From Haliotis rufescens (taxonomy: Eukaryota), in NCBI RefSeq assembly GCF_023055435.1, contig NW_025964001.1, positions 60,450,001 to 60,514,000 on the forward strand: DNA of 64,000 bases. The letters are read 5' to 3'. Below the pieces are notes generated by a model, which ran no database searches, was not told the DNA's origin, and was given only the letters and a program-made list of their open reading frames with translations. The translations under genes and the position numbers were made by a program. Each line of letters begins with the position of its first letter. The stretch's first letter is position 1. Shown one piece after another: positions 50,926 through 63,410 of the stretch.

Positions 50926-53900
50926 TCTAACACTAGAACTTCAGTAAACGCTAAATAGGGTGTCATTAACAGGACATAGCACGTTGATACCTGAAATGTA
51001 TGCATGTAACTTTACCATAACGGAATATTCTATTTTAATCTGTCGGACTGTTTTTCCCCCGAAAGATTATATATATAGTTATATAGTTATATGTATCTAT
51101 TCTGATATTGGATGTATGATCGAATCGCTACTACCTGCAACGGGTGATCTAAACTAGTTTAAGTAGATAAATATTCATGAACATATAAAACGTAGAAGAA
51201 GATTATATAAACATACGACCAAAGAGTTTCACGAGCAAACCCCCAGAACAAATCCAGAGGCATACACAGACGCTACACAACACAGACGTCAGATTGACAT
51301 GTTACCCACAACCCTATTCAACAGCGGTATAATATCTCCATGTTTCTATACACAGACATTAGCACAAAACGTCCTCTCCCCACTGACAAAGCCAGTCAAA
51401 GAAGTCCCCCTCCAAGACAGGTAAGTGTCGACCCTGACAGGTCAATGACATTCAACACCAACACACAGTGTGGATTCCACCGTTCATTGACGGGGGATTG
51501 ACGGAGGGTTGAGACCTTACGTTAGGGCATGACATAGACACCATGGTTGGAGACATCGTCACAGCTACGTGCACTTTAGTTAGTCATCCTCTTGATTCAT
51601 ACGGGTGGATTTCAATAACATCTCTAGGTTTTGAAGACTTCATTCATGCTTTAATGTCAAGGTTGGGAGCCAATGCCCTACGAATCAAATGCACACATAT
51701 TATAGGGCTCTACTTGTGTTAACTACAAGCACTCCACCGCGTGAAAAAATATAGAGTGAAACAAATTTGTAAAAAAATATATAGTTATATGCCTTTGTGG
51801 AAATCATGTCACAGTGACCATATTTCACACTAACATGGCGCTCATGACTTCGCGTAATAATTCCTTTTAGTTAAACGCTTTTGGCTGAACTTGTGATCTT
51901 GAACTTTCGATAAATATGGTGGTAATTATTCAAACCCACTAGACCGGATCTCATTAACATTTTAAACCATCCATGCAGTGAATTTCCCGACGCTCAAAAC
52001 CTCTAGAAAGGAAGCGCTCCTCGTCTCGGTGTTTGATAGCGTCTACACCACGCGGGAACCAGCAAACAGACGTGTTCGTTGGATTCAAAAGTCAAAACGA
52101 ATACAATATTTATAGTTAAAATTAAACAACACAGGTTTTGCTTGTGCAGTGCATGCTTGACGAGCGCCCCGGGACTTGGAGTGTGCTGTCTTCACATTGG
52201 GTATTGACTCTGCCGAGAACATCATATCACACATGCAGTCTGTCAATACGACACACATTATGTCATTCACTTCAAGGCAGTGAAAACCTCTCAAGTCGGC
52301 CCAGTTAGGGTTGAAAAAAAGTTATCAGGAGTTATTTCAAGCGTCAGGCCCGACACAAAAGGAGAAAGCTGAATAGATTAAACAAACGTAGCCCACTGCC
52401 GCGAAGAGAACATTCAACCTTGAACAGAAGAATGTTCTTCTTCACATGAACATCTTCCAAGGTAGTTGTCCCTTGCGAGCTTTTCAGTTCCCATCCTTCA
52501 ATGTGTTGGTTTGAACAAACAAAGCACAGAGCATCAAATGTTCAGTTGCTAGGTGTATAACAGCGCTTCTTGAGCACGAGCTTGTAATTCGATATAACGT
52601 GTCAGTCAAATTAAGCTCTTTATTTCGTTTGTAATTTGTAGACATATTACGTCTCTATTTGGTTAATGACGAGACACCGGCTACACTTCGAAGATACACT
52701 GTGTCATAAATCACCCACAAGTGAAAACTTATATCCTCTATATTGGTCTGACACACTTTGTCAATTAACACAACATATGCTGTCTACGCATTTTATTAGC
52801 TCATACTCATATTCAGTAATTGACGACACAAAGATATGCTGCGATGACAAAGCTGATCATAAACACCCGGTCTGACTAAGCTATAACATGTAGGCTGTTA
52901 TCCCCTTTCAATGAAAGCGTCTACAACGCTGACACAGCGTGAATCCCCTTCGGCTGTTAATCTGTCATCATGTAACACTTACATGATCAACGGATTAAAT
53001 GGTTCCTTTTGGGGATTAAGTCGTTTCTTAATCTGTTTCATTTTAATTTAATAAGGATAAAACAAATGCCTTCCTACCTGTCTGGCGTTCTACTGTGCTT
53101 GATATTATCCAGTGTATAAGTCCCTGTAGGTAAACGGTACATCCACCTATTCAAGTCAACTTATTTGCACAGAAGTAAAATAAAACGGGACTAAGAAGTT
53201 TTCCCTGCTCCCCTCCACTCACTGCACCATCCAGACAGTCCGAGCCGGAAGAATGGTTTATGGGCTTGTATACCTGGCACAGTCCACTTACTGTCGCGAG
53301 GGGAGACAGCTTGCCTAAATCTGCCAGCCGTGACAAATAAGTTAGAAATCGTAGCACGAATGATTCTTAAACCTAAGCGTTCATTCCCTATTTAACTTGA
53401 AATGGGAGTCGTGTGGCTGTGTGACATTTGGGCTTGCTGTATGACGGCTTAATCCTGCGTATCACCCCTCGTCTGACAAGGGGAGGTCGATCAAACAGGT
53501 ATCTGTATCGAGACGACTGAAAATACTGGGGCATGCATCATCACAAACCGTCTCTCTCGTATCCTACCTATCGCCCTCTCGTCTTGCGAGATTAGGACGA
53601 TATTAGACATACGTAATTATTAGGGCCTAAAGAAAATTTCACATTTATGGCTGGGTTTTACTGGCGCTATTAATAGCGGGCACAGGAGTTATTTGAGTGG
53701 CACATACAACCGCCACTTATCAGACGGGAACGTCAGTATTGATTGAAAGTTAAACTGATTCAGATTTAGATTAATTGGGGTTTTATAGTTTAGTAGTTCT
53801 TAAGCTCGGGTGCGCCACGCTGATTTATATTCACGGTGTATGTATGCTATGACATGTAAGGCCTGTCTTAGCGTATATAATTCTTATCGAATACAGGTCG

Positions 53901-54289
53901 AAAAGAGTGAAATCGTCATATGTCTATGTTTTAAAGGTTAAATGTTTTTTTGTGTAAGTGAGGAATTGGGTTACGGACATCGCTATCATGGCTGAGGGTA
54001 CCAGTGATGAGCTGCACGCTGTATTAATGTGAGGAATGGTAGCCTCGTTTGGCCCCACGACAATTGTGTCGCATGTAAAGAGTTTATTCTCCGAGGTTAT
54101 TACAAATTCATCTTGTTCTACAAATTATTTAGTTTTGGTGAAGGGAAAGAGACGATTCCGATATTTGCAGCATTTCTGCAGAAACATCCGGCTTCATGAC
54201 GACCCACATCCACGCTGGCCATACATATCTCAGGAGACAGGGCAGTCACATCCCAACTGTTGGACACAGCAACTGAGTGACACTGGCTT

Positions 54290-55140
54290 CACTTCAGGAC
54301 AGATACGTTTTACTATAGGTCAGAACACATCTCACACGACGGGACACACACATCCAAGCTGTTGGCCACAGCAACTGTATCACAGAACTACTTCAAGTAA
54401 CGGCCCATACATCTAACTCTAGGTCAGAACACATCTCACAGGGCGGGAGAGAGACATCAAGCAGATTGACACGGCAGCTGTATCACAGATCTACTTCAAG
54501 TAACGACCCATACATCTAACTCTAGGTCAGAACACATCTCAGAGGGCGGGAGAGAGACATCAAGCAGATTGACACGGCAGCTGTATCACATATCTACTTC
54601 AAGTAACGACCTATACATCTAACTCTAGGTCAGAACACATCTCAGAGGGCGGGAGAGACACATCAAGCAGATTGACACGGCAGCTGTATCACAGATCTAC
54701 TTCAAGTAACGACCCATACATCTAACTCTAGGTCAGAACACATCTCAGAGGGCGGGAGAGAGACATCAAGCAGATTGACACGGCAGCTGTATCACAGATC
54801 TACTTCAAGTAACGACCTATACATCTAACTCTAGGTCAGAACACATCTCAGAGGGCGGGAGAGACACATCAAGCAGATTGACACGGCAGCTGTATCACAG
54901 ATCTACTTCAAGTAACGATCCATACATCTAACTCTAGGTCAGAACACATCTCAGAGGGCGGGACAGACACATCAAACAGATTGACACAGCAGTTGTATCA
55001 CAGATCTACTTCAAGTAACGACCCATACATCTAACTCTAGGTCAGAACACATCTCACAGGGCGGGAGAGACACATCAAACAGATTGACACAGCAACTGTA
55101 TCACAGATCTACTTCAAGTGAGAAACCATGTATCAACTCT
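54290..55140. repeat. 103-bp tandem repeat, about 8 units
   Basis: aggtcagaacacatctc recurs at 54421, 54524 and onward. Confidence 0.95.
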
Positions 55141-55830
55141 AGGCTAGGACAACGTCAAACTAAGGCCAGACACATCTAGATGTGTAGGACAAGGACAATG
55201 TAATTGTAGGACAATGTCACCTATAGGACAGATGTACCTACATATAGGCCAGTCACACGTCAACTTTGACAGAAGCACTTCAACTCGGAGGCGGACGCAC
55301 CCGAAACAGTCTGAGACGTCCTCCGATTACAGGGAGCCGCTGTGCACTCTTCCCTTCCCGTCTCTGATAATCTCTGATCACTGCATACGCAACCGGAAAT
55401 GTCCTCACACGCATCTCATGTAATATGAGACTTGTGACACTCTAGGCCATCGGAGGAGACTAGATGTAGCCGACATCTGTGATACGTGCAGTGATAACAG
55501 CTCACCTTGTGGGTCAGAGGGGAGAAATAATCACCTGCCCCTACCCTCATGGGAGGGGAGTGTTAGGAAGGGGGCAGTCCGGGAAATGTCAATCAAATGG
55601 TCTTCTTTGTATGGATACCAAATCACCGCGTTATCGCATAAATATAATCGTTGTCGAATTGTTAGATTGCGTTTCCTTTTGGAACATTAACAAGGTCAAA
55701 TAATAGTTTCGTAGAGTGGCTAGATGAGTAATTTTGTTTTAACGTCAATGTTGGATCTGCATGCATAACAGCAACATGCAGGTCTAAGAAGAAGTCGCTG
55801 GGGTGGCTTCAGATGCTGGCACCCTTGCCG

Positions 55831-56105
55831 AGTGAGTGAGTTGGGTTTAACGCCGCTTTAACAGTATTCCAGTTATATCACGGCGTGTCAGCTTAATGTT
55901 GGAGTAAAGCCCGAAGTGATGCAGGTCTCAGACGTTTACCACTTCGGTGAAACCCACGAGCACTGTTATGGTGCTGACAAACCTAGAAACATAATCTGGG
56001 TGAACCGGGATTCGAACCCACAATCATAGGTTTTTGGCGTGTCCAGGGGACGCAACTCTGCACAGCGAATCGCGGCGCCTCAGACGACTGGGCCACCCGT
56101 GCCCC
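55831..56105 (-). mobile_element. SINE family B inserted into the left TSD of a family D SINE
   Basis: Splits cttgccg|tcatgg, which is intact at 56310-56322. Confidence 0.92.
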
Positions 56106-56114
56106 CCGTCATGG

Positions 56115-56309
56115 TGAGGTGAGGTGAGGAGACACAGTATCCTGACTCCGAGCCGACCAGTCCTTGTCTTAGCCCCTTAATGCCGAGCGCCAGACAAGGT
56201 AACAACAAGTACCATCTTTTAACGTCTTTTGGTATGACGCGGCCGGGGATCGAACCCCGGACCTTCCGCTCTCCGGGCGGACGCTCTACTACTAGACCAC
56301 GGAGGCGGT
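56115..56309 (-). mobile_element. SINE family D, internally deleted
   Basis: Head and CACCT tail present; TSD cttgccgtcatgg. Confidence 0.9.
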
Positions 56310-56636
56310 CTTGCCGTCATGGGAAGTCTCCTCACGGGAAACACTTTTGACCACGTCCAAGAGGATTACATCTTGACCTGAAGCAGGTTTCGTAGGTGTT
56401 CATTTGACCGGTCTTATGTTCGTAATTAACTAATATTGAAAAGAGTGCTGAAATTACTTGAGGATTATCAATGGTTGAGGTACACCATGTTAATTTAATG
56501 ATTAAGGAAAGTCCACAGATTAAAGCTTTGATGAAAGCCATTATAAATATTAATATTTTAATATATTACATAACGGGTTCATATATGTAAACGTATCTCA
56601 AAAGCCGCTTAGAGTCTGGTCTTAAATATAATATGT

Positions 56637-56768
56637 NNNNNNNNNNNNNNNNNNNNNNNNNNNNNNNNNNNNNNNNNNNNNNNNNNNNNNNNNNNNNNNN
56701 NNNNNNNNNNNNNNNNNNNNNNNNNNNNNNNNNNNNNNNNNNNNNNNNNNNNNNNNNNNNNNNNNNNN
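56637..56768. other. Assembly gap (132 N)
   Basis: Run of N. Confidence 1.
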
Positions 56769-57321
56769 CCCTGTCTGAACACTCTGATCACTGTTCGTGG
56801 TATATCACAACAAGCACTTTGGAGACAAGACATTGGTGTGGTTACTAGATAGTTAAACCCTTCTCCCCGCAGGCTATTGCTAACACGTTGTTATAAGCCA
56901 AATCTGCTTACTGAAATTATGCCACTCTCACTAGTGCCTGGATTGGAGATGAGGGTGAGCTAGGTTTAACGCCGATGTGAACACTATTTCAACTACAGCC
57001 TGAACGTTCTAGTCGTTTACCTGTGTGGTAAAACCCACGAGAACAAAGCAGTAGTCATTATCAGGAAGAATATGAAATACCAACTAACGATCATCGGATC
57101 CTGAAACGCAAAAGGGACGCAACTTTGCGCAGCGAATTACAGAACCTCAGACGACAGGGCTACTAGAAATATATAAGCCACAGTGAATGTAAAATCCCTC
57201 AAAATTCAGGGATAGTGAGTAAATATCGTTTCTCTTAAGGACTTTGCATAATTCCTAAATGTGCACGTGCACTGTAGCGTATGTACAATGTTTACATATT
57301 CCCTGAAGTTATATAGCTTAT

Positions 57322-57598
57322 GGGGGCACGGGTGGCCCAGTCGTCTAAGGCGCCGCGATTCGCTGTGCAGAGTTGTGTCCCTTGGGCACGCCAGAAACCT
57401 ATGGTTGTGGGTTCGAATCCCGGTTTGCCCCGATTATGTTACTAGGTTTGTCAGCACCATACCCGTGCTCGTGGGTTTCACCGAAGTGGTAAACGTCTGA
57501 GACCTGCATCACTTCGGGCTTTCCTCCCACATTAAGCTGACACGCCGCAATATAACTGGAACACTGTTAAAAGCGGCGTTAAACCAAACTCACTCACT
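57322..57598 (+). mobile_element. SINE family B, full length
   Basis: TSD ta(t/c)agcttatg; a degenerate minus copy also lies at about 56955-57162. Confidence 0.95.
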
Positions 57599-59307
57599 AT
57601 ACAGCTTATGTCACATAGATATGCTAAAGACAGCTTTTGAGAGTGGTTGTAGCGTCTCTGCCTTTCCAGGTAATGATTGTGACTTTGTCACGTTTTACTT
57701 TCTGTGGCGACTTTGTTTCTGTTTCTGTTAGCTAATGTGATAATTGCGTTGGCTGACAAGTGGATTGAGAGCTGCAGTTAGTGACAGTGCAGCAGTTGAC
57801 GCCGCGGCAACAGGACCTGCAGCAACCTCACCTACATCCATCACACGCCTGGTTAAACCTGAAGCAGGACTTCGTCAGTAGCAGCTTAATGTATTTACGC
57901 TGCCAGACGTGTATATATTAAACCGGTAAAGGCGGAGGACAGTGGACCTACTCCATGGCGTTGTTATACTTGTAAATTAATGATCGTCTACGGCATTCAT
58001 CTACCTGTCCAGCCACCAGAACACATGTCCTCCCTCTTCCCTTATTAGCTAATTACAGGTAATTTTAAAAGTGACGATTCGCCGGAAATACGTTCACGTC
58101 TTACATAGCATACATACATTTGACAGATGGCTTAAACTGCAACATATTATGTGAAAGAGGGTCGACAAACAGACAAGGTCTTTATTCAAATGCCTCTCAA
58201 CTTAGAAAGTATATTAATTACAAGAGTATGCTCATTGCATTCCATCGGTTCAAAAGAGAAGAAAACGATGGACAACCATCAGAATTTGGCAACTGTTATT
58301 AATACAAAAAGTCAATGACAGAGAATAACCAGTCTTGATTATCCGCCGAAACAGATTCCATTTGGCGAAAAGGGCAAAATAGTTGTGAAAATTATACAAA
58401 AGCACCACAGAAAACCAGTGATCGCATCCATCACAATAACAATACGAAGGCGTGGAGTCATCCGCCTAGCGATAACTACTACCACTGTTCCTCGTCTTGA
58501 AGGTTCTTGCAGCCTCTGTCAATCTCCTCACGGATAATTCCCAGTGTGTTTGTTTGAGGAGCAGAAAGCATGTTGACAATCGGATCTCAACCAACAGTGG
58601 TTGGGGGAGGACAAGGCATGGGACACAAGGACGTGTTTGTTGTCTGTTGAAGGCATAGTTGGCGTACAACATGTTAAACTATGGCAACGTGCTTGAGCTG
58701 GAGAACCAGACTTGCAACATTGGCGTACGCGGGACTTAAAATGATTAATATCTATTCGTTTGACAAGACGTTCTGCCATTCACATGTATAGCATAGTTTA
58801 CGGCATTTATTCTAAGTTAAGATAAAACAAAATGACTTTGGTGGTTCTCTGACGTCAGGCAAATAGGACACTAAGAATAAGATCGTATATATCCAACCAC
58901 TGAAGGCTGACTTGGTTGTTTAGACAATTATGATAGACAAGAAGCAATCCCTGTTTGTAATAAAAATATGAAATAAGACAATGATTTTCATAATAATAGG
59001 AATATTTTGTGTCCCGTGTCACGAAGTGGAAAGTCTGTAATCTATATTTACTTCATGTTTAAGTATTATCAGATCAGTGTGTTTGTTTAGGCTAAAGTGG
59101 CCATGTGTCCATATAACAGTAAAAAAATGATGGACTGTTAACTTAAGACTCCCTTCTTGTGAGGTGAGAGAGCGAGCGATTATGGTTTTACGCCGCTTTT
59201 AACAATATTCCAACAATTCTGCTTGTGATGCACACGCCTCGAACACTTTCCATGGCAGCTAAAATATTAATCATATATAATTATGTTCAAAACTCATTAA
59301 CAAAATC

Positions 59308-59590
59308 GGGGGCACGGGTGGCCCAGTCATCTAAGGCGCCGCGATTCGCTGTGCAGAGTTGCGTCCCTTGGGCACGCCAGAAACCTATGATTGTGGGTTC
59401 GAATCCCGGTCCGCCCCGATTATGTTTCTAGGTTTGTCAGCACCATACCCGTGCTCGTGGGTTTCACCGAAGTGGTAAACGTCTGAGACCTGCATCACTT
59501 CGGGCTTTCCTCCCACATTAAGCTGACATGCCGCAATATAACTGGAATACTGTTAAAAGCGACGTTAAACCCAACTCACTCACTCACTCA
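59308..59590 (+). mobile_element. SINE family B, full length
   Basis: A box TGGCCCAGTC, B box GGTTCGAATCC, ACTC tail. Confidence 0.95.
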
Positions 59591-60136
59591 TGAACCAAAT
59601 CATGATAAATATTTAAAAAACAACTGTTTTGCAAAGGTGGACTTCATATCCAGTGGCCAGACATGCGTTGCAAGAGTTCTATACTCACTTAAGTGATTAA
59701 GTGCGTTTCAGCTTGTCTCTCAGAGTCATGGTAACGTTAACACATTGTAGGAATGTCCACGAAATATCACAGCTGAACATGCAACGTCATCTAGTTGTGG
59801 GCAATCAATCGTTAACCTTGTCCCGAGTTGTCCCACCAGGCGCATCAGATTGCCCGATAAGCACCTATGTATGTAGATGTGTAAGTATTTATCAAAGGTT
59901 AGACGTCCCTGCCATCTATGCAGCAAATGTCGCATATGCCACCGCCGTGACACACGTTAATGACGAGCAGAAGTTGGTCAAGTGCATCATTAGAGCAAGA
60001 CAGTGGCATACATAGATACCCACTCGTGTGTCGCGGAATTCGCCACACTCATGGCTCAAGCTCCGAAGCATATATGCCAGGCTTCCATCAGGTCATCACT
60101 ATGACGCTTAGTACTAAGTAGTATGATTGCTGTTGG

Positions 60137-60383
60137 AGTGCGTTGGGTTTAACGCCGCTTTGAACAGTATTACATCAATATCACGGCGGCAGCTTAAAGG
60201 AGAGCCCGAAGTGATGTAGGTCTCAGACGTTTACCACTTCGGTGAAACCCACGAGCAAATCTAGAAACAAAATCTTGCGAACTGGGATTCGAACCCAAAT
60301 TCACAGGTTTCTGGCGTGCCAAAGGGGCGTAACTCTGCAAAGGGAATCGCGGCGCCTTATGCGACTGGGTCACCTGTGCCCCG
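60137..60383 (-). mobile_element. SINE family B with internal deletions
   Basis: Similarity to other copies. Confidence 0.88.
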
Positions 60384-60757
60384 GATGCTGCAGGAACATG
60401 GACTTGATATTGCCGTTTTGGCACCGGGCATATGACGGCTTGGACATAAGTGAAGACAATCAATCTGTTGAGATAGTGCTCGACAATTTAAAGACATAAG
60501 GGAGTAAAACAACCGTAGATCCCTCACAGCACAAATATTTGATCAAACTTCGATGACACTTAAAGAAATGTACAAGAAAATATACTACTCAAACGAAATC
60601 AAAGAACATATGTTATTATGGCAGATTAATAATAATAGTAATATAAACGAATCTGGGGTTCCTTAACTTCTTTTGAGTAATATTGTATAAATTCTACAAA
60701 AATATAAACGTCAATGTCTTAGAACAATCAGTCATGATTTTCCGCAGAAACAGATTC

Positions 60758-61151
60758 TACGGAAGCGTAATAGGGCCACGGTTAAATTTGCTTTTGTCTA
60801 AGTATCGCCTACGTGGGACTTATTATCTTCAAAGTAGGACTTAGTATCTCCTACGTAGGACTAAGTATGGCCTAGAATTACTATCTCCTACGTAGGACAT
60901 AGTATGGACTAGAATAACTATCTCTTACGTAGGACTTAGTATCTCCTACGTAGGAGATAGTAAGTCCTACGTAGAAGATACTAAGTCCTACGTAGGAGAT
61001 AGTAAGTCCTACGTAGGAGATAGAAAGTCCTACGTAGGAGATACTAAGTTCTACATAGGAGATACTAAGTCCTACGTAGGAGATACTAAGTCCTACGTAA
61101 GAGATACTTAGACAAAAGAAAAATTCACTGTGGCCCTACTACGCTTCCGTT
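60758..61151. mobile_element. MITE with TACGGAAGCG termini and internal tcctacgtagga palindromic repeats
   Basis: About 50-bp TIRs; interrupts a family F copy. Confidence 0.9.
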
Positions 61152-61679
61152 TATTCCAATAGGCGTAAAAGGAAAGATGGTAATGAAAATTATATGAATG
61201 GATCACTGAAAATCAGTGATGACACCAGGTGTTCGGGAAAAGGGTGAACATGTCCTGCTCTGCCTAGAGCACCCGACACTCACACAATTTCCTTTTCAAG
61301 TTTGTGATTTATGACAGGCGTGGCGTCCTTCTGAGCATGCGCACACCCTTCACTCCCATGTCTGTAGGGAGATCACACACGCCTTTTCAGGATATCACGC
61401 CACACGGTCGTTTATAGAGTGAAATACGTCTAACCTAAACACAGATATGTTTTTAAACGTTGCTTGAAACAAGATGTCTGGGTCCTTTAACACGTCTGAT
61501 AATCCGGCGAATTATCTAGAGGCTGAGGTAATCTCCTTGTCTCACACTTGAAGATACCTGGTCACGTGCAGGAAAACATGATACTGGGAACCGAAGGAGT
61601 GTCCTGGTGTTTTAATCTCGCGCTCGATGGGGACTGTAGATAATTCAACTCAAACGCTACTACAGTTACACACCCATTA

Positions 61680-62026
61680 GTGAGTGAGTGAGTATGGTTT
61701 TACGCCGCTTTTAGCATTATTCCAGCAATATTACGGCGGGGGACACAAGAATAAACAAGGGTGTGTACTTTCTCTTGCCGGCAGTTTAGTATCCAGATTA
61801 TTAATCTCCACGGTTACAAGTTTAAACTATTCATGAGTATTTGGTGATTTGATCTAATTTCTCTTCCACAGTGAGAGAGTGAGTGAGTATGGTTTTACGC
61901 CGCTTTTAGCAATACACCAGCAATAGGCGGGAGACACCAGAAAATGGGCTTCACACATTGTACCCATGTCGGGAATCGAACCCGGATCTTCGGCGTGACA
62001 GAGCGAACGCTTTAACCACTCGCCCC
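61680..62026 (-). mobile_element. SINE family A carrying an internal inverted templated insertion
   Basis: TSD tacacacccatta (61667-61679, 62027-62039); two tails. Confidence 0.9.
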
Positions 62027-62153
62027 TACACACCCATTACTTAAGCCGATATACATCAATCTACAACTTCAAACTGGTTTTTTTCTTCAGCTACAGTTTC
62101 GGCATATAATGTGCCAAAATGACTAATAAACAACTTTTTGCGGTGGAAGAGAG

Positions 62154-62323
62154 AGGCGGTAGGGTAGCCTAGTGGTTATAGCGTTCGCTCGTCACGCCGA
62201 AGACCCGGATTCGATTCCCGACATGGGTACAATGTGTGAAGCCCATTTTCTGGTGTCCCATGCCGTGATATTGCTGGTGTATTGCTAAAAGCGGCGTAAA
62301 ACCATACTCACTCACTCTCTCAC
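62154..62323 (+). mobile_element. SINE family A, full length
   Basis: Matches other copies; TSD gtggaagaga/gttgaagaga. Confidence 0.93.
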
Positions 62324-62520
62324 TGTTGAAGAGAAATTAGATCAAATCACCAAAGCCCATGAATTTTTTTAACTTGTGTCCGTGGAGATTGAATATCTGG
62401 ATACTAAACTGCCGGCAAGAGAAAGTACACACCCTTGTTTATTCGACGTCGATGTATTTGATACGGGTATCATAGTTGTGTTTTAGACCTTAAGTTTACA
62501 GTTTTTCGGCAACTGTTATC

Positions 62521-62791
62521 TACGGAAGCGTAGTAGGGCCACGGTGAAATTTGTTTTGTCTAAGTATCTCCTACGTAGGACTTAGTATGGACTAGAATCA
62601 CTATCTCCTACGTAGGACTTAGTATCTCCTAGGTAGGAGATAGGAAGTCCTACGTAGGAGATATTGATCCTACATAGGAGATAGTAAGTCCTACGTAGGA
62701 ATTAGTAAGTCCTACGTAGGAGATAATATGCCCTACGTAGGAGATACTTAGACAAAAAAATATTTCACCGTGGCCCTACTACGCTTCCGTA
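62521..62791. mobile_element. MITE with TACGGAAGCG termini, second copy
   Basis: Perfect 6-bp TSD gttatc (62515-62520, 62792-62797); empty-site paralogue at about 949-1060. Confidence 0.93.
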
Positions 62792-63223
62792 GTTATCAGC
62801 CTAGTAACGTTTTGATAAGGTTTGTAATGTTTTGGTCAAATTCAGTTTTCAAGTGTATACTTTCTTTTGCTAGGCTGTTTATTTCAAAGTAAAAATGAAA
62901 GAACATTTGTCTGAAGACATATGTGTCTGTGTCATTGAAACCCTAGTAAAACATCGATAGCTAAGCACAACACAGATTATAATATATGTTGTGTCACGGA
63001 CTCTGACATTCAATCCTGCTGACTCAACAAATTCGACAGGTGATATCACCCCTCATTGTTCCGTCCCTTGCCCTGCAGAATCGGTTTCAGTCCAGGCAGC
63101 CAGATACAATGATTCATAAACACAGGTGCATCTCTTGCACGTGGCAGAGGTAATAGTTAGTAACATGTACAGACGCTGTAGCTCACCTGGCTAAAGTAAC
63201 AAAACGATTTAAATTTCGTATCG

Positions 63224-63224
63224 T

Positions 63225-63259
<35 letters not shown>

Positions 63260-63410
63260 TCTATTTATCAATTTATTTATTTATTTATTTATTTACTTAT
63301 TTATAAATTTTAGATTTATTTATTTTGTAATTATTTTTTATGTATTATTATTTATTTTTTTTATTATTATTATTTTTATTTTATTTATTTTTTTGGGGGG
63401 GGGGGGGGTT
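63224..63410. repeat. (TTTA)n-rich tract followed by poly-G
   Basis: Direct observation. Confidence 0.9.

Noticed and set aside
49838-51005. His/Cys-rich repeat ORFs (HVCWHCVVE, HALQHNANT)
   Set aside because: Open in several frames on both strands because the unit lacks stops; no frame-specific signal
56609-56848. ORFs spanning the N run
   Set aside because: Gap artefacts
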